From Octopus sinensis (taxonomy: Eukaryota): a DNA stretch of 64,000 nt. The DNA is taken from the NCBI RefSeq assembly GCF_006345805.1, contig NC_043002.1:4650001-4714000 (forward strand). Direction: 5' to 3'. The notes beneath the pieces are model-generated. The model saw nothing but the letters and a program-made list of their open reading frames with translations. It did no database searches and was not told the origin of the DNA. This document shows, piece after piece, positions 1 to 11,814 of the stretch. The position numbers were made by a program, and so were the translations under genes. Each line of letters begins with the position of its first letter. Position 1 is the stretch's first letter.

Positions 1-70
1 TGGCGTGCTGACAGGAGGACAAGCTGACTGGCAGGCTGGCTGGCGCTGCTAGGGCCGTCGCTGGTGACAT
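1..70 (-). CDS. Possible first coding exon of a host gene continuing beyond the window edge (MSPATALAAPASLPVSLSSCQHA...)
   Basis: GC-rich unique sequence. ATG at 70-68 on the minus strand, an in-frame stop upstream, and open to base 1. No homology recognised. Confidence 0.2.
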   Translation of the reverse strand, partial: MSPATALAAPASLPVSLSSCQHA

Positions 71-521
71 GACCGTATTATACACGCTCAGCAGCTTCGG
101 TAGTCAGTGAGGCGAGGGTCTCTCAACGTTAATCAGAGTGATAGGCCCCCGACATGAATGCCAAGCATACGCTCCCGTTTCTCCCAGTAAGCTTTCACCT
201 AGCGCAAACACCCTGACACCCACATATCCATCCAACTAGACATACGCATACAACACACATACACATACACATACATGTATCTACCCACATCTACAAGCAC
301 AGAAACACATCAAACCTCCCACACCTTATTACTTCAGCACCCACCTATTCTTACCAGGAAGAGCGCATACGCATAGACAGAATACACATACACACACACG
401 CACTCCTACGGTTACTCTTGTGCGTGTAACCGTTGAGCCACCCTCTTCCTTCCATTTTTCCGATGCGTATCTGTGGCTGTTTATACATGCCTGTCCATTG
501 ATATGTAGAAATAAGCAAACG

Positions 522-566
<45 letters not shown>

Positions 567-839
567 TTTGTGTGTGTATGTGTAAATAGTGACGCAAGGT
601 CAACTTATAGGGCGTATGTCTTCAATAAGCACATATTTTTAATCTTGTTATAAAGAGATGTTTGTAGTTTCACAACACATCTCTCTCTGAGACCAGGAAA
701 AGGGGGTCGGCGTGGCTCGACCCCGCGTTTTTTACCCCTTCTTAGGATGACGGACCAAAATGTCACACCGGGCTAACAATTTATATACGAAAGAATTTTC
801 AATACAAAGTTTACTTGCCAACTCTCTCTCTCTCTCTCA

Positions 840-896
<57 letters not shown>

Positions 897-964
897 TCTC
901 TCTCTCCCCACTCTCTCACTCCTCTCTTCACTCTCCTCTCTCTCCCTCTCTTTCACTCCCTCTT

Positions 965-1303
965 TCGTGACTGTAGTGAGAAAGACGCTTCCCAACGAAA
1001 TGTTTCCAGGTTCAGTCCCGCTGTGTGACACCTTGTGCCAGTGCCTTCTACCGTAGTTCCAGACCGACCAAAGATTTGAGAAAACCTGGTTGTCGCAAAC
1101 TGAAAGAAGACCGTCGTTTGTGTGTGTGTGTGTGTGTACGCGTTGTGTGTGTGTACGCGTGTGTGGATGTCGTCCACCGGTTGACAACTGGTGTTGGTTT
1201 CTTTACGTCACTGTAACTTAGAGGTTTGATAAAAGAGACGACAAAATAAGTACCAAGCTTTAAAAAAGATGTACTGAGGTCGATTCTTTCGGCGAAAACC
1301 CTT
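965..1303 (+). mobile_element. Degenerate tRNA-derived SINE, family A
   Basis: Diverged match to intact copies at 36282 and 57520 (ggttcagtccc box B, gaccgaccaaag, aactgaaagaag, internal (GT)n, aataagtac). Confidence 0.6.
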
Positions 1304-1684
1304 ACTATTTTTATTGAAACTTCTTCACTGTTCTCGTTCTGTCAACGTTTTGGCGTTCAGTCGAGTGTATTGGCATGAATGTGGCAACATTTGAAATGTT
1401 GTCGAGGTATATGTTTGGCTGATGAAGAAAATCAAGTATATGTGGGCAGACATATCTTGAAAAATCTGAACCGGTACCACATTATCCCTTTCTAGTATTT
1501 CATCTTTCAGATGTTCTCCCTGGAGGTAAGACAATTTTTTCAAGTTGTTGCACACACGCATTTTTGCTAGTACATAAGCAGTGAGCTATACATAAGCGTC
1601 GTATTTATTACGTTTGCTATTTTCCAGTAAATATCGGTACTTCGTTGTGCCATTTATTTGCTTTTAGTATGTATATATATATAT

Positions 1685-1724
<40 letters not shown>

Positions 1725-1931
1725 ATATATATATATACATATGTGGGTGTGTTGTGTATGTATATGTATGTATGTGTGGTACGTATGTACGTGTGTATGT
1801 ATGTATGTATGCATGGTATGTATGTATGTATGTATGTATGTATGTATGTATGTATTATGTAGGTAGGTAGGTATGTAGGTAGGTAGGTAGGTAGATAGGT
1901 AGGTAGGTAGGTATATGTATATGTGTACACA

Positions 1932-2799
1932 TATTGGGTTCCCAAATAAATACATTCGTTTTTTAATCCACCTCTATTCATCACCAATTTTTTAAAATTC
2001 GTCAATAATCTACTCTTTTCTTTTGTTCTCAACTTCTTGCCAAACGTTTCGCTTGTTTGTCAATACCTTAACGGTAGAAATTACCGAGTCTTGATTCGAA
2101 AAAATTATGGGGCTACGTTTTCAGCCTCACGTTGTTGTTGAAAGAAACGTCGCGCAGACTTTTGGAAAACGTGATAATATCAAGACGCTATGTCAGGAAA
2201 ATATTGTGAGTGTTGTAGAAATTCCAAAACAAGTTCTTGAATAAAATTTTTGGTGAAATTAGCGACATAGATCTTACCCATCGAATGACGGTGACGGATG
2301 ATGGGATCATGAAATCGACCAACCCGCGGGACCAATTCCCGAGTGGATTGGTTCGGATCCTAATGGATGCACTCGTCCAATCTATTCTCATTGAAATGAA
2401 CTGAGAGGTCACATTTCTTCTTGAAGCGTAAAAAAATACATTTCTGTGTAGTACTTTCAGTAGTGGCAGCTTCTCCGTACAAAGTTCAAATGTCTCAAGT
2501 GGTTTGGGCAACTTGAAAACTTGATTGAAAACGAATACAAGATTGAGTCGAAATCACTAATTTTTTTTCTACTTGTCACTCCATCGTCATATACCGATTT
2601 GTCTAAAAAAGAAAAAAGAAGAAAAAAAAAGAACACAGGTAAAATTTATTCAAATTTCAAAAACGATAAATCAAGAGTTGTTGGGGGTAACAGAGCTACG
2701 AGAAAGAATTACATAAATCGCTATGATAAAAATAAATTTTTTGTTAATTCAAATAACATTGGGGAAAAAAAATGAACGAATTTATCTGAGAACTCAATA
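1932..2799 (-). mobile_element. Internally deleted, decayed mariner element
   Basis: Imperfect ~33 bp TIRs (tattgggttcccaaataaatacattcgtttttt versus revcomp of ~2767-2799, tattgagttctcagataaattcgttcatttttt). Minus-strand remnants read VHFNENRLDECIH*DPNQSTRELV..IIRHRHSMGKI (HTH region) and FYR*GIDKQAKR/WQEVENK (mariner C-terminus). Confidence 0.8.
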
Positions 2800-3204
2800 A
2801 CCTAATATATGTATACATACATATGTACGTGTGTGTGTGTGTGTGTGTGTCTACGCTCATGTTGAATAGAATCACTACTAATTAATGAAGACGTGTTGCC
2901 AACTCTTGCAGGTTTATGCGAATTAACGCCGACCAATCTATTGTATATATTATAAATAGCTATAGGTCCTATGGTGTCATAGGTGGCCGAAACTTCGAAG
3001 TCATTATCAAAACTATTATTGCTCAAGAAAAATAAATTTGTATTCTACAAAAGTATGGAGTATCCCTTGATATATATATATATATATATATATATAGACT
3101 AACTTGGAAATGGGTGCGTGGCGCTCAATTAAATAATGATATAAATATTATATATATATATGATATATATGCATATGTATGTGTGTGTGTGTGCGTGCAT
3201 ATAT

Positions 3205-3545
3205 GTAAACAACATGATGTACGAAAATAAGTTGTTAGTTGTCTCCCTACTCCTCATTTCGAGCATTCAACGACAATATGAGTCTTTAAAGGCAGTTGCT
3301 CCCATAATTTCCAAATTATATTTTGGATTTTATGGAGGGTAAAGTTGGGGACAAAAACAGGACAGTGAAGACATACAAGGAAACCGAACAAACGAAATGA
3401 CGAGTAGGGAGACAGCCGACAACTAATGAAGGGTCGTTCCTTGTGTTACTTGTCCAGTTTTCAATTCTTTTCTCCCATTGTTTGAGTATTTAACTCGCTT
3501 ATTTTCATACTTCATGTTGTTTACAGTTGGTGACGTCCTGTACAC
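3205..3545. mobile_element. Partly palindromic repeat remnant between AT-rich microsatellites, Penelope-like pLTR-type footprint
   Basis: 3207-3261 is complementary in pieces to 3393-3424 and 3496-3524. Confidence 0.35.
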
Positions 3546-3655
3546 ATATATGCTTATATATATATATATATACATATTATTATTATTATAAATTATTGTT
3601 ATTATTATTATTATAAATATTATTATTATTATTATTATTATTGTTATTGTTATTA

Positions 3656-3704
<49 letters not shown>

Positions 3705-3705
3705 A

Positions 3706-3764
<59 letters not shown>

Positions 3765-3937
3765 CACACATACAATTGTAAATGAGAGCAAAAAGATAAA
3801 ACTTTCTTTGGCAATATGCTGAAAAATTAGACGCTTAATCGTCTAACCACATCGTCATACCCTTCAGAGAGGAGGAGAGGACATCTGCTTATCTATCCGA
3901 ACGTTTTAATGCCCTCCATTGCGTTTTGTTTCATGTT

Positions 3938-4023
<86 letters not shown>

Positions 4024-4099
4024 GTATATATATTATATATATTATATATATATATAAAATATAGGGTTGTCCGGAAAGTTCGTGCATATATTTTACCAA

Positions 4100-4295
4100 A
4101 TAATGGCTTCAATTTTTGGCACATGAACCCAAGTTCGGGTAGTGGGATAAGTCGATCACATTGACCCTGGTGCTTAGCAGGTACTTATTTTATCGACACC
4201 GAAAGGATGAAAGGCGAATTTAGCCCGTAGGCAATTTGAACTCGGAACGCAAATGACGGACGAAATGCCTCCGACGTGCTAACGATTCTGCTGCG
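4100..4295 (-). mobile_element. Old tRNA-derived SINE, family C (Meta/MESC-like core)
   Basis: Reverse match to gcctttcatcctttcgg-gtcgataaaataagtacc core. Confidence 0.65.
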
Positions 4296-4593
4296 ACGAT
4301 CTTGTCGCAAGCTTTCTCTTGTGTTCCATAGACTGAGTAAAGCAAGCTTCCTTCATACAACCAAGTAGAACTACGCTGGAAACGAATGGCCATGCACAGG
4401 CTTCTACAGCTCGTTTCATTTAAACAGAAGCAGGGCCTTGCTTTGTAGATCAGACTTTATTTAATTCAGTCTTCAATACCGTATTACATTTTATTGTGTC
4501 ATTCGTTTTTAGTGTCGGAATGAGAGTGGAAGAGAATATTTGAATCAGATTTCTGCTACCATACCAATTATTTCAGATATGAGTGTGTTGTTG

Positions 4594-4654
<61 letters not shown>

Positions 4655-5427
4655 ATATATATATTATCATATATATTATATATATATATTAAATTTATAT
4701 ACATTCTTGCATACACACACAGACACTCACACACACATATACATATATACAAAAGCATTCACGAATGTACACCCACACAAGCATGCGCACACACGCACAC
4801 GCATGTACACACGCACATATATATGACTAGACCGTCCATTTAATTCTTGCATATATATATGTATATATATAAATGTGTACGAGTGTTTATGCGTGTGTAT
4901 GCGTGAGTTGTATATGTATGTACACACTAATCTCATCTTACATGCGTTTATATTATTTCTTTTATAATGTTTATGACACGGAGTAAGAAATATGAAATCT
5001 AATTAAGGCGGACGCATGCGTATCACACCAACACATTATTAGTGACGCAAATATCTCACTAATACTCATATGCGTACATCTATAGACACACTCAAACATA
5101 CGTCGATATACATTCAGATATAGATACATAGTTACATACATGCATACACACACACACACACACAAACGCACAAACATACACATACATGTATACATACATA
5201 TAGACGTACATAGATATATACGCGCATACATGCATATATGTATACATATATATGTACGTACATATGTATGTAGGTGTGTACATACACATTATAAACGATA
5301 GAATGTTATATAAAATAACACATCACGGCAAATATAACAACGAACACGCATACAAAATGGTGTGTATATTCGTGTGCATGTGTATTTGTATATGTATGTA
5401 TGCATGTATTCATGGTATGTGTGTGCG

Positions 5428-5500
<73 letters not shown>

Positions 5501-5573
5501 GTAACTATGTATGCAGTGTATGTATATATATGTGTGTGTGTGTGAGTGTATATATACATATATCTAAATGTGC

Positions 5574-5611
<38 letters not shown>

Positions 5612-5949
5612 TCTCTTTCTCTCTGTCTCTCTCGCTCTTTATATATATATACATACATATGCGTTTGTATGTGTGTGTTCATACTTATATAGGCGCGGTC
5701 ACAGCTGTACGGTATAAACTCTGATTCCTAACCACATGGTTCTGGGTTCAGTTCCACTGTATAGCCCCGGACTGACCAAAAACATCAATAGATTTGGTTG
5801 ACGAAAACTGAAACTGTTTGTGTTCATGTGTACGTGTGTGCCTGCGCGCATGCGCGTGTGTGAGTTGTATGTGTTGTGTGTGTGTGTGTGCATGTTTGTG
5901 TGTGTGTGTCTATATGCATGTGTATTTGTTCTACTACTCCATATCGACT

Positions 5950-6420
5950 ACAATTTAGCATGTTACAAATATTTTGGAACCAGTAAATATAACAATTTCA
6001 TTAATCAACAGACGCCACCCAGTACAACTGCCTGTCCCCAAATAACTATGCTCAGGGTTCTAACTATACGATGAAAAATATTGTGCACTGGTATTTGCTT
6101 GCTATTAAAGCAACAAAAATGCCTACGTCTATATAACCTCAACATCTTTTAAATCAAGATTTTATTAACACGTGCATTCCTTTCTTTAAGACCACGATAG
6201 AAGCAAACTACTTTGGCTTCAACCATTTGTTCCTTAAACGATAATTCAATGCCTTTATTAAGGCATTGAATTAAATTAACCATTCTTTCTAAAACTAAAG
6301 CTTAGCAGAAAAATTACCTCCCTACACAATATTCTTTTCGCAGAGTCCCATTTTCTCAACTGTCATTCACAAAAGAATTCAAGCTGCATTCGCAAGGAAA
6401 ATTAAACGCACAAATTTTAC
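5950..6420 (+). mobile_element. Decayed Penelope-like element, GIY-YIG endonuclease C-terminal region
   Basis: Frameshifted remnants YNCLSPNN..MKNIVH, AYVYITSTSF/KSRFY*HVHSF, TTLASTICSLNDN and TILSKTKA follow the order of the PLE motifs CxC..NIVY..YIG.T..FK.R..H..SF..T.LS. Confidence 0.55.
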
Positions 6421-7081
6421 AAACCAGCCATCTATAAAGTTTATGTTTTATCAAAATACATTCATTTCTCAAATTCTGTATTTACATATTTTCATTCACA
6501 AAATTATCAATATCTTAATTCCTCTAACCTTTAAGCATCCCATCTTCACCATCATAAATAGTTGTAAATCTATTAATAATATCTACGTTTTGGTTTAGGG
6601 ATCGAGATTGTGAATCAAAACACGCCATCTCTCAATCTGCGCTCATAGTTATAGTCCCCTTATCGTTATTGGTGAGGGTTGATCTTGGAAAATCTCCTAA
6701 CGCTAGACCATCACGATTCCTAAGTCTATTTCCCCAAGGTCCAAACTACAGGGCGTAGTGATTAGTCTTGAGGGTAAGAACTACAAACTGAATTGCTTCT
6801 CTCAGATTCCAACAAGGACAACAGTAGCGCTGCAAATTGCAAAAAATATGGTCATGTGACCAGTCTTAACCAATGAAAGCCAAATTGCTGGGATCAGACC
6901 TTCCACTATTATATCTTTAAAATTGTCTGAAGGATTCCATTTATATTCCTTCTGTTTGTGTTTATGAAATTCTGAGAAAGGAAAGAGTGGTTCTACACTG
7001 TTTTGCAACGTATATAAAATTCTACTTCATGTAATGAGTGCTGTTACTTTTGCTTGTATATACATATACATATGTGTGTAC

Positions 7082-7122
<41 letters not shown>

Positions 7123-7131
7123 CATACATAC

Positions 7132-7180
<49 letters not shown>

Positions 7181-7366
7181 GCGAGAGAGATGCACATACA
7201 CATGCACCACATACGTTTACACATATGCACGCATAAATAAATATATGTTCGTGTGTGTGTGTGTGAAGATATTGTGTGTGTGTGAGTAAGGTTTTCTGTG
7301 CTTAGGCGTTTACGTGTTTGTACGAAGAACATATATTCTATATATATATATATACACACATACATA

Positions 7367-7400
<34 letters not shown>

Positions 7401-7479
7401 CATATATACACACACACACAAACACACACACCACACACCTATATATAATTATATATATATATATATAATATTATATATA

Positions 7480-7524
<45 letters not shown>

Positions 7525-7747
7525 GTATATATATGGATGGATGGATGGAAGGCTGGATGGATATGTATGTAGTATTACTTATATCGTTTTAATACGCCTG
7601 ACTTGCCAGTTATCAAAGGCAAATTTATTTCCTTGTGTGACATCCTTCTTGACATTTCCTCACAGTTACATTTAATTCAATAACCACTACATATGCATAT
7701 GTACAGTTATATATATTATATATATACAATATTACATGCATGTGTGT

Positions 7748-7805
<58 letters not shown>

Positions 7806-7811
7806 CTATTT

Positions 7812-7847
<36 letters not shown>

Positions 7848-8424
7848 CATTATATATATATATATATTTATATAAATATATATATATATATAGAGGGAGA
7901 GAGAGAGAGAGAGAGAGAAAGAGAGATAGACGTATGCATGCATATATATATATTTATATATACATGTATATTCATACATACATATCTATGTTTGTGTGTG
8001 CGTCTGTGTGTGTATACGTGCGTACGTGCGCGCGCGTGTATATGTGTGTGTATGTATGGTGTGTATGTGTTGAAGGCTGGTTTGTTATAGAATGTTGTCA
8101 AATTTTCCCATATCGAAGTTCGATAAGATACGAAAAGTTATTTCATAGTTTACGGTTAGCAGAGTCTCGGAAGTAGTAATTATCCAAACGAGAGGCAATT
8201 TTCAATTGAATTTCCTACGAGTTAACATAGGATCCCTTGGCGACGATGCAAGCTTCATTTGATTGAGGTGTCTTTGACCTGACGAGTAGCTAGCGGATTA
8301 CCCCTAGTCTGAGTAATTACTACTTCCGAGGTTCTACTAACTACGAAACATAAGTAGTCTGGATATTATCTACTCCATTCCCTAATTTTGGATATATATA
8401 TTTTTATTTATTTATTTATTTATG

Positions 8425-8695
8425 CGCCCTTTTCAAACCTAGCCAGGCTCATGGGCCCGGTTTCCAGGTTTCTGTGGCGTATGTGTCCCTCCCCACCAGC
8501 TGGACGGGACGCCAGTCCATCGCAGCGTTACTTAAGAAACAGGAAGAAAGAGGAGCAAAAGAGTACAGCAGGGCCTGCCACCACCCCCTGCCGGAGCCTC
8601 GTGGAGCTTTAGGGGTTTTCGCTCAATAAACACACACAACGCCCGGTCTGGGAATCGAAACCACGATCCTCCGACCGCTGCCTAGCCATTGTGCC
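8425..8695 (-). mobile_element. tRNA-derived SINE, family B, with Nin/V-like central domain
   Basis: Head ggtttcgattcccagaccgggcg shared with copies at 27645, 58518 and 60866. It continues into gcgatggactggcgtcccgtccag and ends in (AAAT)n. Confidence 0.75.
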
Positions 8696-9089
8696 ATTTA
8701 ATTTTCATTCCCTTCGAGAATTTATCCCTAATTAGTGGTTTGAGTTTTTTACTGCTATTTCTAGCGCAAGGCTTTCCTATGATGGAAGCCTCTTAATGTG
8801 TTTTAATGTACACGATATTATATGTATGTATGTATGTATGATGTATGTATGTATGTATGTATGTATATATAATTTGATGTTGACTCTAAGTCTCCAACAA
8901 ATCTATGATCAAAAGTTTTCCACTCATGACCATCTCGTCTTTCTCGTACATCTGAGACTACGTGATTTGAGAGAGATTTCGCAATTAATTCTAGCCGGTC
9001 GAACGGCGATATAAATGCGCCACCACCACCACCACCAGCAGCTCGTGCGCATGTTTTAGCTTTAATATATCGTCTGCAGTGTTTGATTT

Positions 9090-9761
9090 CAATGCTAGTA
9101 TTGTTGTTGTTGTTGTTGTTTTTGTTGGTGGTGGTGGTCGTCGTCCGTCGTCGTCGTGTAGTACTGTGGTTAAAAGACGGAAAAGGTAGTGATAATAATG
9201 GTTGGTGGAAGAATTATAACAATGACGTATTTGGTAGATATGGAGGAGTTAATGGTAGTCATAATTGTGGTGGTGGTGGTGGTGGTGGTGGTGGTGGTGG
9301 TAGTGGTGGTGGTGGTAGTGGTGGCGGTGTGGTGGTGGTGGTGGTGGTGGTGATAGTCGCCATCGCAATCACGGTTCGTTGATGGTTATTGCAGTTTTGA
9401 TGGCGATAGTAATGGCGTATACTTGCGATAGTGATGATGAGAGCGATTGTGGAAGTGGCGATGGTTTTAGTGGTGGTGGTGGTGTTCATGGTGGTTGTGA
9501 TGGTATTGGTGGTATTGGTTGAGCTAAAGTTTATGGTAACGATTATAATAACGATGATGGATTTGGTGTATGTGGTTGTGGTATTTGACGAGAGAATCGA
9601 TGATGATGATGATGATGGTGGTGATGGTGGTGATGTTATTGATGATGATAATAATGATGATGATGATGATCATGATCATGCTGATCATGATGATGATGAT
9701 GGTGGTGGTGGTGATGATGATGATCATGATGATGGTGATAATGATGATGATATGATGATGG

Positions 9762-9800
<39 letters not shown>

Positions 9801-9945
9801 CGACAACGACGAAGGCGATGAAGACGATGGGGACGATGATGACGAGGATAATGATTGTGGTGGCTGTGATTGTGGTGGTAACGATGATGGTGATAGCGAA
9901 GACGACGATGAGGGCTATGATGTCGATGATGATGATGATGATGAT
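9090..9945. repeat. Compound (GTT/GGT/GAT)n trinucleotide low-complexity tract
   Basis: Directly visible; produces spurious poly-G/D/M/V ORFs. Confidence 0.9.
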
Positions 9946-10442
9946 CAATCAGAACGGCGTTTAACGCCGGTAGATTAGGTGGGTGCCACTAATTGGCTCT
10001 CGGTGGTGCCGTTTTGGCTGTGGGCAGGTAGCGACTAATTCCGTTACAGACTGCAGGGCACTATTACAGGTTTCTCCATGGTCAGTGGGGGGGAACGAGG
10101 TCAGCCGTCGGAGATCGAGAGCATCGGTCGGAGAAAGCGGGGGAGGGTTAGTTGTATCGTGATGGAAGGAGGAGGAGGACAGCGGGAAGTGTACACACGT
10201 AATAAGATAGATGATGCTGTCATTGGCGACTTGTTGTCCGCTGCTGACCACCATGCTTGTAAATTATCTGGAGTAGCCAAGGCGGAAGATGCGAATAGAT
10301 TCACAATCTTGGAGACATACATACATACAACATACATACATACACACACATACATACCTACATACATACATACATGCATACATACATAGACTTATATCTA
10401 TGCACACAAATATTCAAACCTGCATTCATACATACATATACT

Positions 10443-10444
<2 letters not shown>

Positions 10445-10526
<82 letters not shown>

Positions 10527-10588
10527 GTAATCTATCTTTCTATCTATTTTCTATCTATCCAACTCTCTCTCTCTCTCTACCTATCTAT

Positions 10589-10619
<31 letters not shown>

Positions 10620-10640
10620 ACTACCTATCTATCTATCTAT
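10445..10640. repeat. (TATC)n microsatellite hosting a LINE insertion
   Basis: Directly visible; abuts the LINE fragment at 10641. Confidence 0.95.
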
Positions 10641-11264
10641 CATCCTTGTGGCTATGGCGAAAGAATGTATCTGGTGGACGCGTCTGAAAGGATTGGAGAC
10701 AAACACTTTCCTCTCTGGTCAATCTCTCATCAACTTCTTCAAGTACCACTTGAAAAGGAAAGTGAGAGTAGAGAGGCAAGTTTGTCTAGCGAAGTTTTTT
10801 AAAAAAGATGGTGAATGTAGCAAGAATGGCACGTATGAATGACGAAGCCACCTTGAGCATAGTCCTATGAACCCAGAAATCGAAAACAGAGAGTTGCTTA
10901 TTTTGCAAAAAAAAAAAAAAAAAAAAAGAAATATAAAATGTGACTTCCATTGACCGAGGTTACCGTGGTCTTTTTCCCGTAGGCTTTCTTTCCACGGTAA
11001 ACTCACCTGTCCTCCCCTTTACACTTCATATTGACATTTCTGTGATAACGATCCTATTGATAATTTTTTAATCTCTCCCCTTTTTTTTTTTTTTTTTTTA
11101 ACCCCCCCCCCCTTTTTTTTGTCCTCTTTCTTCTCCTTTTACATCCCTTTTGATCGAAACTCCCCCTTCTTTTTTTTTTTTTTTTTTTAAAAACCTTCAA
11201 AAGAAACGCTCTACTTGTAAATTTGTTCTATCTGTGTGCAGCCCTGTGTGGCTAATAAAGAAAC
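10641..11264 (+). mobile_element. 5'-truncated copy (ORF2 end plus 3' UTR) of the Tx1-clade LINE
   Basis: MAKECIWWTRLKGLETNTFLSGQSLINFFKYHLKRKVRVERQV is near-identical to the end of ORF2 at 12181-12410. Ends aataaagaaac followed by (TATC)n. Confidence 0.92.
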
Positions 11265-11305
11265 ATATCTATCTATCTATATATTATATATATATATATA
11301 TCTAC

Positions 11306-11341
<36 letters not shown>

Positions 11342-11758
11342 ATATATATATATACGTATATATTCATGTTTTCTACTATTATCATCTATTTTATGTCTAT
11401 CCATGTATCTATCTATCCATATATATATATATATATATATAATATATATATATATTATATATATATATATATATATACATATATATATTTCATTATCCAT
11501 CATGCTGGTCATATAGGATCAATGCACAATAGTTGAACATACGTGTTTTTCCTTTTATGATTATTTTTGAATTTTCTGTAAGTAACTTAAGGGCAGAGAA
11601 TTTTTCACAGTGTACAAACTCTCAGCCCTTGATTTAGTCAAGTAGATTTACAATTAAATGACGTGCGCCTGTGTGTGTGTCTACGTGTGTATGAGATAAA
11701 GTGGGAGAAAGAGGGAAGGAGAGAGAGGGAGAGAGGAGAGACCGACAGATAGATAGAT

Positions 11759-11812
<54 letters not shown>

Positions 11813-11814
11813 CT

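Noticed and set aside
1325-1561. 78-aa non-repetitive ORF
   Set aside because: No recognisable homology or splice signals; may be a transposon remnant.
9083-9964. Poly-G/D/M ORFs
   Set aside because: Trinucleotide repeats with no domain or splice evidence.
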